A stretch of 64,000 nt of DNA from an uncultured bacterium (GTDB taxonomy: Bacteria; Zixibacteria; MSB-5A5; GN15; FEB-12), in NCBI GenBank assembly GCA_965372795.1, contig CBDVDR010000002.1:128001-192000 (forward strand). The letters are read 5' to 3'. Both the position numbers and the translations under genes were made by a program. This document shows positions 8,328-17,208 of this stretch, piece by piece. A model generated the notes under the pieces. It was not told the DNA's origin. It was given only the letters and a program-made list of their open reading frames with translations, and searched no databases. Positions within the stretch are counted from its first letter, which is position 1; the number at the start of each line of letters is the position of its first letter.

Positions 8328-11120
8328 ATGGAAAACAAAAAACTAAAGATGAATCAGATCAACTCAATATATTTTACTCTCATCCTCACATTATTTATTA
8401 TTGGCAATACCGTTCAGGCGGTCGCACCATCGCCCGAGGTTCTTTCGGCGTGGGAGAAAAATGGGACGACTAAAGAGAATTTTGAGAAGTTAATGAAATA
8501 TAAAGAAATGGGGATGTGCGCTCCGGCTGAGAATTCTATATTTAACAAGAGTAAAGTTTCAAATCTGGCAACTGCCGGGGACGTTGATACAATTAATGTG
8601 CTTTTGTTATGTGTTGATTTTTCTGATCACGTATTTTTTTATTCAACGAATGGACAAACGGTTGTAGGACAGCCTTATCAATTTGATTCGGTTCTGTTTT
8701 CTAGAAAGTCTGATACAAAAAATAATCCTTCCGGTTCAATGACCGAATATTATCTCGAAAATTCTTATGGTAAATTATACATCAAAGGAAAATCTTCAAC
8801 CTGGCTTAGAATGCCTCAACCATACTCTTACTATGTCGGGGATGATAACGGAGTATCAAAAAGCAGAGAACTTGCCCGTCATGCAGTTGAAGAAGCCTTC
8901 GCACGGGGAGTTGTAAATTTTTCAGATTATGATTTGAATAATGATGGTGAGCTTGACGGTTTGATAATTGTTCATGCCGGACCGGGGGAAGAAGCTGATT
9001 CGGAGTCTGCCTATGAGGCGATCTGGTCGCATCGGTGGGTGATGGATTCGGCGGTGACCTATGATGGGGTACGGATGTTTGATTATATCACGGTACCGGA
9101 AGAGAGTAATGGCACCGTTTCACCAATCGGAGTGGTTTGTCATGAGTTCGGGCATTTACTTGGACTGATTGATTTATATGATACCAGTCCGGTCGAGCAA
9201 CCATCCTCCGGGTTAGGAAACTGGTCGTTGATGGCAAGCGGCAGTTATAACGGACATTCAAAAATACCATCGCACCTTGACGCCTGGAGTAAAATCAAAG
9301 CCGGTTTTGTCGTGCCGATAGAGATAACCAACAATTTATATCAACAGGAAATTCCTCGGGTAGAAGAGCTTCCGATCATATTCAAATTAGCCAACAACTC
9401 AATTACTTCGACTGAATACTGGCTGGTGGAAAATCGCCAGAAAGAAAAATTTGACTGGGCAATCCCCGGTGAAGGGCTATGCATCTATCATATTGATGAA
9501 AGCGTTGCCAATAATAACAACCCGAATCGTTTTCGAGTTGCGCTTGAGCAGCCGGATGGCAGGAATGAACTGGCTTTTGTCTTTAATGAATTAGGTGACT
9601 GGGGCGATGTCTGGCCAGATTCGGGCAGGGTAAATTTTCACGATCTTACGATTCCATCATCGCGCACCAATAGTTTTGTGACGACCGGTTTCGGGGTGTG
9701 GAATATATCTGATGAAGATTCGCTGATGTATGCTGATTTGGATGTTGGGTTTTCCCGTCCGTGGGTTGAACTTGACCGCGTTAATCCGGCTGAGGTATAT
9801 ACTTTTTATAATAACCGCGTGAACGATTTAATTGAACCGGGGGATACGGTAACGATTTATATTCGCGCCAAGAATTTTATGCGGACAACATATAACGCTA
9901 CCGCCACCATGAGCAGTAACCGCAATGATCTGACCTTTTTGAATAATACCGGTTTGCTGGCAACGGCTTTTGATAATTCACAATATTACCGGTCAGTGAT
10001 TAATCCGATTAAGTTTATTGTGGATGATTCGATTCGCCCGGCAATTGATTCTTTTTATGTGACGATTGTATCTGATTCGCTGGCTGATGGAAGTGGTGCG
10101 AAGTATACGAATGAGTTTGCCTTTACATTGCAGTTAGGGAAAACTTCGGTTCTGATTGTGGATGATGATGACGGGGAAGATTACGATACTGTTTATACCT
10201 CAAGTTTGTCACGAATAAAAATTGCTCATGATAAAATCGAAAGTTCGGCTACACTGAGTATTGAGGATCTTATGGGATACTCGATAGTTTTCTGGCATAC
10301 CGGAGACAGTTCTTCTGATGGGATTTCTTCAGCTGAGATGGATGTAATAAAACAGTATTTGGATAGCAGCAACGGTTCGCTGTTTATGTCGAGTCGTACA
10401 ATTGTTGAGGATGTCAGGAATGTTGATCCGTTCTTTTTATCAAATTATTTCCGGTGTACGGCGGCTAATGATAGTATTAATACTATTCCAATTACAACCG
10501 GAACAACAGTTGGGAACCTTTGGGAAGATTTAAGTTTTTTCGTTCAAGTTCCTAAATTTGAATATACACAGCTGATAGAACCGCTCTTTCCGGGGGAAGC
10601 GATATTTGCGCATGATTTTAACCCGGGAGCCAATAGTCCGATCTGCGGGGTGTCTTATTCGGGTGCTTTTAAGTCAATACTTATGACTATGCCGGTCGAG
10701 TATTTTGATAATGAAAATGTCAACTCAACGCCTACTGATTCGCTGTTTTCACGGGTGATTCAATATTTCGGGATGGGTTTTGTGACAGATGTTATTGAAC
10801 AGGATAATCGGCAAGGACTTCCGATCTCATTCAGTTTAAAACAGAACTATCCTAATCCTTTTAATCCTGAAACCACGATCAGATTTACAATAGATAACAG
10901 CTCGGGCAGTAAGAATAGTGTAAAAACTCAACTACATATCTACAATTCCATCGGTCAAAGAGTGAAAACATTGGTCGATGATTATATTTCAGCCGGTTTT
11001 TATCAAATTAATTGGGATGGGACCTCTACAAATGGCTACAAAGTAGCATCGGGGGTCTATCTGTATCAATTAATTAGGGGTAAACAGTCGGATAGTAGAA
11101 AAATGATCCTTTTGAAATAG
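8328..11120 (+). CDS. M6 family (immune inhibitor A-like) metalloprotease with C-terminal FlgD-Ig/T9SS-type sorting domain
   Basis: HAGPGEE, IWSH, HEFGHLLGL.DLYD, WSLMASG, LVENRQ motifs; QNYPNPFNP...SGVYLY...RKMILLK tail. Confidence 0.9.
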   Translation: MENKKLKMNQINSIYFTLILTLFIIGNTVQAVAPSPEVLSAWEKNGTTKENFEKLMKYKEMGMCAPAENSIFNKSKVSNLATAGDVDTINVLLLCVDFSDHVFFYSTNGQTVVGQPYQFDSVLFSRKSDTKNNPSGSMTEYYLENSYGKLYIKGKSSTWLRMPQPYSYYVGDDNGVSKSRELARHAVEEAFARGVVNFSDYDLNNDGELDGLIIVHAGPGEEADSESAYEAIWSHRWVMDSAVTYDGVRMFDYITVPEESNGTVSPIGVVCHEFGHLLGLIDLYDTSPVEQPSSGLGNWSLMASGSYNGHSKIPSHLDAWSKIKAGFVVPIEITNNLYQQEIPRVEELPIIFKLANNSITSTEYWLVENRQKEKFDWAIPGEGLCIYHIDESVANNNNPNRFRVALEQPDGRNELAFVFNELGDWGDVWPDSGRVNFHDLTIPSSRTNSFVTTGFGVWNISDEDSLMYADLDVGFSRPWVELDRVNPAEVYTFYNNRVNDLIEPGDTVTIYIRAKNFMRTTYNATATMSSNRNDLTFLNNTGLLATAFDNSQYYRSVINPIKFIVDDSIRPAIDSFYVTIVSDSLADGSGAKYTNEFAFTLQLGKTSVLIVDDDDGEDYDTVYTSSLSRIKIAHDKIESSATLSIEDLMGYSIVFWHTGDSSSDGISSAEMDVIKQYLDSSNGSLFMSSRTIVEDVRNVDPFFLSNYFRCTAANDSINTIPITTGTTVGNLWEDLSFFVQVPKFEYTQLIEPLFPGEAIFAHDFNPGANSPICGVSYSGAFKSILMTMPVEYFDNENVNSTPTDSLFSRVIQYFGMGFVTDVIEQDNRQGLPISFSLKQNYPNPFNPETTIRFTIDNSSGSKNSVKTQLHIYNSIGQRVKTLVDDYISAGFYQINWDGTSTNGYKVASGVYLYQLIRGKQSDSRKMILLK

Positions 11121-11148
11121 GCCTCCGCAACCTATTTATCCTTGATAG

Positions 11149-11172
11149 AAAAGCCGCCCTTTGGGCGGCTTT
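11149..11172 (+). terminator. Intrinsic terminator
   Basis: AAAAGCCGCCC-TTT-GGGCGGCTTT after the M6 gene. Confidence 0.8.
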
Positions 11173-11235
11173 TGTCGTTGTAGGACAGCAGGTTATGATT
11201 TGTGAAAAAAATAACAAATAATTGTTAAAAAAGCC

Positions 11236-11263
11236 TTGACAATACCGATAATATAGTTATCAT
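11236..11263 (+). promoter_or_regulatory. Sigma70 promoter of fur-feo operon
   Basis: TTGACA-N16-TATCAT. Confidence 0.65.
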
Positions 11264-11287
11264 TGAAATTGAAAATCGTTTTCAATT
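11247..11287. promoter_or_regulatory. Fur-box-like operators
   Basis: GATAATATAGTTATC (11247-11261) and perfect inverted repeat AATTGAAAA-TCG-TTTTCAATT (11267-11287) overlapping the promoter upstream of fur/feo. Confidence 0.7.
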
Positions 11288-11309
11288 AGCTTTTAGGAGC
11301 GGAAAAGGC

Positions 11310-11828
11310 ATGAAAGAGTTTTTAAGAACAAAAGGATTTAAGATGACTCCCCAGCGGGAGTTAATTTTTCGATCTTTCTTTGAATTGGACAAACATTGTT
11401 CGGTCGAAGAGCTTTACGAGATCGTAAAGGACAAGGATCGCTCAATCGGTTACAGCACGGTCTGGAGAAATTTGAAACTTATCTGCCGTGTCGGACTAGC
11501 CCAGGAAGTAAACATTGGAGATGGAATTACCCGCTTTGACCGACTTTCGAAAGTTCCACATGGGCATCTTTACTGTTTGAATTGTAAAGAAGTGATTGAG
11601 TTTAATGTTGATCAGATTATTGGAATACTGGCTCAGACAGCTGTTGATAATAACTTCACCAATAAAGGCTTTAAAGTAGAAGTCCAGGGATTTTGTCAGA
11701 ATTGCAATGATGAAAGTGAGAAGAAGGCTGTTCCTTCTGAATCTGAAGGGGACAGTCAAACAATTGCATCTCCTCCGAGTGATTCATCTGATGGCAATGG
11801 GGATAGCAACGTAGAAGGAAATAATTAA
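11310..11828 (+). CDS. fur: Fur family transcriptional regulator
   Basis: TPQR, H.S.EELY, STVWRNL, H.HL.CxxC...G.CxxC; acidic disordered tail. Confidence 0.9.
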   Translation: MKEFLRTKGFKMTPQRELIFRSFFELDKHCSVEELYEIVKDKDRSIGYSTVWRNLKLICRVGLAQEVNIGDGITRFDRLSKVPHGHLYCLNCKEVIEFNVDQIIGILAQTAVDNNFTNKGFKVEVQGFCQNCNDESEKKAVPSESEGDSQTIASPPSDSSDGNGDSNVEGNN

Positions 11829-11846
11829 AATTTTAGGAATACAGCT

Positions 11847-12083
11847 ATGACACCACTGAACAAAATGATCCCGGGCCAAAAAGGTAAAGTCGTTGGTTTT
11901 GACGATGACTCTCCGGTTTCACGTCGATTAATGGAGATGGGGGTTGTACCCGGTCGTCCGATTAAATATGTCAGACGGGCTCCTTTGAGAGACCCGATGG
12001 TTGTGCAAGTTGGTAATTGTTGTTTGTCATTGAGACACTCTGAAGCTTCCTTAGTACAAATAGAAGTGGATGATAACTGCTGA
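11847..12083 (+). CDS. feoA: Ferrous iron transport protein A
   Basis: RRLMEMGVVPG...RAPLRDP...LSLR..EA. Confidence 0.93.
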   Translation: MTPLNKMIPGQKGKVVGFDDDSPVSRRLMEMGVVPGRPIKYVRRAPLRDPMVVQVGNCCLSLRHSEASLVQIEVDDNC

Positions 12084-12093
12084 AAATTGAATC

Positions 12094-14511
12094 ATGACTG
12101 ATGCCATTAAAAAGGGTACGAGTAAAGTATCAGGAATGGTCGCAATTTGCGGCAATCCCAATTGTGGTAAGACAACAATTTTTAACGCCATTACCGGCTT
12201 GTCGCAGAAGGTTGGTAATTATTCCGGTGTGACCGTTGAGCGGGTATCCGGTCAATTCTCCTTAGATAACAATTCTTCAAAAATTACAATTGTAGATGTT
12301 CCGGGAACATATTCGTTGTCGGCTTTTTCTCCCGATGAATATATCGCCGCCTCGGCATTATATGGCGGTATTGAGGGTGAGAACCGACCGGATATGATTG
12401 TCTGTGTGCTTGATGCCACCAATCTTGATCGATCTTTATATTTGATCTTACAGGTTCTCCAGACCGGGATTCCTATTATAGTTGTTTTGAATATGGTGGA
12501 TATTTCCAAACGCAAAGGGATAGATATTGATCCTGAGCGACTTTCTGAATGTTTGGGCGGGGTAACGGTTCTTCCTGTGGTTGGAAATCAGGGTAAGGGC
12601 ATTGAACGGCTAAAACTTGAAATCAGCAATTTACTTGAGACTCCATTTAAACCGGCTATTCCAGAGTATGAAGAAGTATTTGAGAATCTAATCAGAGATT
12701 TCCAGGAGATTAAAACCGAACGAGTGCGTACCCGGGCGGAACTTATCAGGGTCTTGTTAGATATTGACGGACCGGCTGAACAAAAATTTATTGCTGATTC
12801 AAATATTAGTAATCTAAAAGAAAAAATTGAAGTTTCCCGGAAAATGCTAAAAGAGAAACATCGGGCTTTATCATCAGCTGAAACAGTTATGCTGACTGAC
12901 CGAGCAATGGAAATTTCGAATTGTTCTGTCTCGTTACCAAAAGAGAGACCCAGAAGTAAATCTGAATTTATAGATCGTTTTTTACTGAATCCAATTTTAG
13001 GACCAGTAATTTTACTTGGAGTGATGGTTTTAGTCTTCCAGTCAATTTTCAGCTGGTCGGCTCCGTTTATGAATCTTATTGATGGTTCGTTTGGATCGTT
13101 GTCTGCTTATGTAGAATCGCTTATGGTTGAAGGTCCCTTGCGGTCTTTATTGACTGATGGCATCATCGGGGGCGTTGGATCGGTATTAATATTTCTACCG
13201 CAAATTATAATTTTGTTTTTGTTTATATCGTTTTTGGAAGATTCGGGTTATATGGCAAGGGCTGCATTTTTAGTCGATAGAATGTTTCGGTGGTGCGGTC
13301 TTTCGGGCAAATCATTTATTCCGCTGTTATCATCGTTTGCCTGTGCGGTTCCGGGGATAATGGCAACCCGTACCATTGAGGATAAAAAATTACGCACGAT
13401 CACAATTTTGGTCGCACCTTTGATGTCCTGTTCAGCCAGACTGCCGGTGTATACAATTTTGATTGCTGCATTTATACCATACAAGCCGGTTATTGGAATA
13501 ATTAATTTACAAGGACTGGTGCTGACATTTCTTTATCTGGCGGGGATACTGGTTGCGGTGGCGGTAGCGTTTGTCTTGAATAAAACGTTTCTCAAGGCGG
13601 AGCAGGGTACTTTTTTGATGGAACTGCCCAGTTATAAAATGCCAACTTTTAAAGCAACTTTCATTATGGTTTATTCGCGCGCAAAAACATTTGTGATCCG
13701 AGCCGGAACAGTGATTATGGCGATAACTATTATAATCTGGGCGTTGAGTTATTTTCCGCGGTCGGATTTTATTGCAACCCAATACAGCCGTCAGATTGAA
13801 TATCAGGAAAACCTGTATGAATCGAGACGCACCGAAATTAATGGCTCCTTAATTGGATATTCGGAATTTCAGACTCAAAATATAGACTGGTATGATAATA
13901 TTATTTTGCAGATAAGCGAGTCGGAGGATGAAGCGAGTCTGGTTGATGTGCGCGATGAAAATCCTCAGACTGATCCTGATAAAGCGCAAGTCATGGAATT
14001 GCTTTTGAACCGAAAATTATTCGAATTGACTTATGATTCCAAGATGCAGGTTTTGTATAACGAAAGAGCTTCAGATAATTTAGCTAATTCCTATTTTGGT
14101 CAACTTGGTCGGTTTGTGGAGCCGGTGTTTGCACCGTTGGGATGGGACTGGAAAATTACGATGGCAGTATTAGCCTCGTTCCCCGCTCGTGAAGTTATTA
14201 TTGCAACGCTGGGGACGATTTATAATCTGGGCAGTGATGTTGATGCGGAGTCATCTTCTTTGGTAGATAAAATGCAAGCGGCAACATACACCCATGGCGA
14301 GAAGGTTGGGGAGAAAGTTTTCACTCCGGCGGTGGCGATGTCGATAATGATATTTTTTGCGCTGTGTTGTCAATGCGGGGCGACCCTGGTTACGATTAAA
14401 GCGGAAACCAGCCGGTGGATTTATGCGGTTGGAACATTTTTATATATGACGGTGTTGGCTTATGCGATGGCATTTGTTGTTTTTCAAGTACTAACTAAGA
14501 TGGGATACTGA
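12094..14511 (+). CDS. feoB: Ferrous iron transport protein B
   Basis: GNPNCGKTT, GNYSGVTVE, DVPGTYSL, LEDSGYMAR, F.CAVPG, MSCSARLP, MELP.Y, AREV. Confidence 0.96.
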   Translation: MTDAIKKGTSKVSGMVAICGNPNCGKTTIFNAITGLSQKVGNYSGVTVERVSGQFSLDNNSSKITIVDVPGTYSLSAFSPDEYIAASALYGGIEGENRPDMIVCVLDATNLDRSLYLILQVLQTGIPIIVVLNMVDISKRKGIDIDPERLSECLGGVTVLPVVGNQGKGIERLKLEISNLLETPFKPAIPEYEEVFENLIRDFQEIKTERVRTRAELIRVLLDIDGPAEQKFIADSNISNLKEKIEVSRKMLKEKHRALSSAETVMLTDRAMEISNCSVSLPKERPRSKSEFIDRFLLNPILGPVILLGVMVLVFQSIFSWSAPFMNLIDGSFGSLSAYVESLMVEGPLRSLLTDGIIGGVGSVLIFLPQIIILFLFISFLEDSGYMARAAFLVDRMFRWCGLSGKSFIPLLSSFACAVPGIMATRTIEDKKLRTITILVAPLMSCSARLPVYTILIAAFIPYKPVIGIINLQGLVLTFLYLAGILVAVAVAFVLNKTFLKAEQGTFLMELPSYKMPTFKATFIMVYSRAKTFVIRAGTVIMAITIIIWALSYFPRSDFIATQYSRQIEYQENLYESRRTEINGSLIGYSEFQTQNIDWYDNIILQISESEDEASLVDVRDENPQTDPDKAQVMELLLNRKLFELTYDSKMQVLYNERASDNLANSYFGQLGRFVEPVFAPLGWDWKITMAVLASFPAREVIIATLGTIYNLGSDVDAESSSLVDKMQAATYTHGEKVGEKVFTPAVAMSIMIFFALCCQCGATLVTIKAETSRWIYAVGTFLYMTVLAYAMAFVVFQVLTKMGY

Positions 14512-14669
14512 TGGATATTTTCTGGCAGAATTTTATTATTATTTTTGCAATGATAGGGGCATCGTTGTATTTGGTTTATAATTTTACCGTTGGGAAGAAA
14601 AAGAAACCGTCATGCAGTAATTGTCCGGCGGTTAAAGCGATGGGTCAAAGAAAACCAGTTAGAAAATAA
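14511..14669 (+). CDS. FeoB-associated Cys-rich small membrane protein (52 aa, absent from the ORF track)
   Basis: Translated by hand: MDIFWQNFIIIFAMIGASLYLVYNFTVGKKKKPSCSNCPAVKAMGQRKPVRK; ATG overlaps feoB stop; TM + basic + CxxC. Confidence 0.8.
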   Translation: MDIFWQNFIIIFAMIGASLYLVYNFTVGKKKKPSCSNCPAVKAMGQRKPVRK

Positions 14670-14673
14670 AGCT

Positions 14674-14890
14674 CACACTTCGTGTGATTTTCTCTGGCGA
14701 AATTCTAACATTCGGAACTCCACTTATTAAGATGTCAGGAGCGCAGTGCTTTTGACCTACTCGAACTAATCCTTTCTTATTCAAGAATTATATTTGAGAG
14801 AGTTGTCTGTATAGATCAGGTCTCCAAGAGAAGAGAGACCTGACCTACGAGAGGTTAGTTTTTTGGTAGGGTACAGGTTTCTTGTACCCC
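14674..14890. repeat. BIME-like cluster of REP-like palindromes
   Basis: CACAC-TTC-GTGTG (14674-14686, also 27174-27186); GTCAGGAGCGCAGTGCTTTTGACCTAC (14734-14760, inverted homolog of 27225-27251); 34-bp unit 14816-14849 identical to 29213-29246; GTAGGGTACAGG..CTTGTACCC (14866-14889). Confidence 0.8.
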
Positions 14891-14935
14891 TTTTTTTGTT
14901 CAAGCTTATAAACAGAAACAAAAATAAAGCTCTGT

Positions 14936-14964
14936 TTGACTCTAAAATTATAACCCTGTATATT
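14936..14964 (+). promoter_or_regulatory. Sigma70 promoter of ecfT-truA
   Basis: TTGACT-N17-TATATT. Confidence 0.6.
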
Positions 14965-14984
14965 GGTGGAAAAGAGGGAGTTTG

Positions 14985-15788
14985 ATGGTACAGGTTTCAC
15001 CAATAATACTCGGTCAATACCGTCCAATTGATACATTTCTACATCGGTTAGATACCCGTTCTAAAATGGTTCCGGTATTAGTCACGCTTGTGCTTTCCCT
15101 ATTTAGTAATTCCCTGACCTTCTATCTGTCCTGTTTGGCGATCCTTGGGGCAGGACTGTTCAGCAGCGGAGTTAGTGTGGTGACATTATGGCGAAATTTG
15201 AGACCGATCTTGATTTTGATTTCGATAACCTCGGCGTTCCATCTCTTTTTTTCAGGGCATGATTCAAAAACATTAGTTAATGTCTGGGGAATAAAAATTA
15301 GTGAGACCGGATTTTATAATGCGGGGTTTTATTCATTACGGCTGGTGGTTTTTATCGGGATAGCCTTTTTAGTAACGCTGACATCCTCGCCTTCTGATTT
15401 AGCCGAATCGTTTGTTAAGATTTTCAGACCACTTAGGAAGTTAAAAGTTCCGATTGATGATATGGCGATGATCGTTTTTATTGCTCTACGGTTTATTCCG
15501 GTTTTGTTTGAGGAATTTCAGGCAATCAGGAATGCTCAAATTATCAGGGGCGTGAATTTTAAAGGAAGTATGGTTAATCGGATTAAGAAAACAGCTTACA
15601 TATTAATTCCTGTTCTGCTGGCGGCAATTCAACGGGCTGATGATCTGGCTTTGGCGATTGCAGTGCGGGGTTATCGGTCATCGAATGACAGGACATTTTA
15701 CAGCCGGTTAAAATTTGCTTTGCCGGAATGGATGTTTATGATGGGCGGGTCGGCAATTATTATTATGTTGTTTGTTTATACAGGATAG
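14985..15788 (+). CDS. ecfT: ECF transporter transmembrane component T
   Basis: LGQY.P.D..LHRLD.R.K, IALRFIP.L.EE, AQ..RG, A..RA..LA.A...RGY. Confidence 0.9.
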   Translation: MVQVSPIILGQYRPIDTFLHRLDTRSKMVPVLVTLVLSLFSNSLTFYLSCLAILGAGLFSSGVSVVTLWRNLRPILILISITSAFHLFFSGHDSKTLVNVWGIKISETGFYNAGFYSLRLVVFIGIAFLVTLTSSPSDLAESFVKIFRPLRKLKVPIDDMAMIVFIALRFIPVLFEEFQAIRNAQIIRGVNFKGSMVNRIKKTAYILIPVLLAAIQRADDLALAIAVRGYRSSNDRTFYSRLKFALPEWMFMMGGSAIIIMLFVYTG

Positions 15789-15790
15789 CG

Positions 15791-16546
15791 ATGTCAGAAA
15801 AAAATATTAAAATTATAATCGAATATGACGGGTCCGGGTTTTGCGGATGGCAGTCACAGGTTAATCAGAAAACAATTCAGGATGAGATCCTTGAGGCTAT
15901 TTTCAAAGTGACTTCTGAGAAAGTGAATCTAATCGGAGCCGGTCGGACTGATGCCGGGGTTCATGCTTTGGGGCAGACGGCGAATTTTCGAATTGATCAC
16001 CGGCTTGAGCCGGAACAGTATATGAAAGCCTTGAATTATTATTTGCCGGATGAGATCAGGGTGAAATCATCATGTGAAGTATCGTTTGAATTTAATTCCC
16101 GTTTTGATGCCAGATTTAGAAGGTATCGGTATTTGGTTGGGAACGAGAAATCGGCTCTTTATCGTAATTTCCGGTGGGAATATGAGTATGGTCTTGAGTT
16201 TGAAGTACTCAAAAAAGCGGCGAAGATTATTGAGGGCGTGCATGATTTTAAGCCGTTTTGTGTGGTCAGTTCTCAGAAAGAGGACAATCGCTGTACCATA
16301 GAATTCAGTAAATGGTACCAATTTGGACCACTTCTGGTTTATGAAATCAGGGGTAACCGATTTCTACACAGCATGGTACGGTCATTGGTCGGCGCCATGG
16401 TTAATCTGGCTAATCTAAATCCTGATAACAATAAGCTTAACTTGACATTAGACCAGTTTGAGGATATTATAAATTCCCATAATGAAGAAAGAATAATGTT
16501 CACCGCACCGCCTCAGGGATTATATCTTGTGTCGGTGGGATATTAG
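15791..16546 (+). CDS. truA: tRNA pseudouridine(38-40) synthase
   Basis: [39 protein letters not shown]; start moved to ATG 15791. Confidence 0.95.
   Translation: MSEKNIKIIIEYDGSGFCGWQSQVNQKTIQDEILEAIFKVTSEKVNLIGAGRTDAGVHALGQTANFRIDHRLEPEQYMKALNYYLPDEIRVKSSCEVSFEFNSRFDARFRRYRYLVGNEKSALYRNFRWEYEYGLEFEVLKKAAKIIEGVHDFKPFCVVSSQKEDNRCTIEFSKWYQFGPLLVYEIRGNRFLHSMVRSLVGAMVNLANLNPDNNKLNLTLDQFEDIINSHNEERIMFTAPPQGLYLVSVGY
16442..16470 (+). promoter_or_regulatory. Internal sigma70 promoter within truA 3' end, likely driving tal-purB
   Basis: TTGACA-N17-TATTAT about 90 nt upstream of tal ATG. Confidence 0.55.
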
Positions 16547-16560
16547 AAAAAGGATTTGAA

Positions 16561-17208
16561 ATGAAATTTTTTATCGATACTGCCAACATTGAGCAGATTA
16601 AAGCAGCTTCCGCAATGGGGGTGCTTGACGGAGTAACCACCAACCCATCCTTGGCAGCCAAAGAGTCGATGCCTTATAACGAACTTTTAAAAGAGATTTG
16701 TGCGATAGTACCGGGACCGGTTTCCGCCGAGGTTCTTGCCGTAGAATTTGACGGGATGATGAAAGAAGCTCATGAACTGGCAAAAATTGCGGATAATATT
16801 GTTGTGAAAATTCCAACAATTTTAGAAGGTCTGAAAGCAATTAAAGCTCTTACCGGTGAAGGTATTAGTACCAACGCAACTTTGGTTTTCTCGCCCTCAC
16901 AAGCTTTACTGGTTGCCAAAGCGGGCGCCTCATTTGTGTCACCATTTATTGGACGGCTGGATGATATTTCGACTCATGGCATGGACCTGATTGAACAGAT
17001 CGTGACTATTTATCATAATTATGCATATACCACCGAAGTATTGGTGGCATCGGTCCGACATCCGATTCATGTGGTTGATTCAGCTCTGATCGGGGCTGAT
17101 GTTATTACGATGCCGTTTGATGTAATCAGCAAACTGATCAAGCATCAGTTGACTGATATCGGTTTGGCGAAATTTCTTGAAGATTATAAGAAAGCTCCAA
17201 AAAACTAA
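16561..17208 (+). CDS. tal: Transaldolase (small TalC/FSA family)
   Basis: [27 protein letters not shown] (Glu) and SPFIGR (Phe) are the transaldolase rather than FSA residues. Confidence 0.9.
   Translation: MKFFIDTANIEQIKAASAMGVLDGVTTNPSLAAKESMPYNELLKEICAIVPGPVSAEVLAVEFDGMMKEAHELAKIADNIVVKIPTILEGLKAIKALTGEGISTNATLVFSPSQALLVAKAGASFVSPFIGRLDDISTHGMDLIEQIVTIYHNYAYTTEVLVASVRHPIHVVDSALIGADVITMPFDVISKLIKHQLTDIGLAKFLEDYKKAPKN

Noticed and set aside
11225..11251. Sigma28-like TTAA-N15-ACCGATAA upstream of fur
   Set aside because: Overlaps a better sigma70 promoter and Fur boxes; probably coincidental
16561..17208. Fructose-6-phosphate aldolase
   Set aside because: Has the Glu (VSAEV) and Phe (SPF) typical of transaldolases
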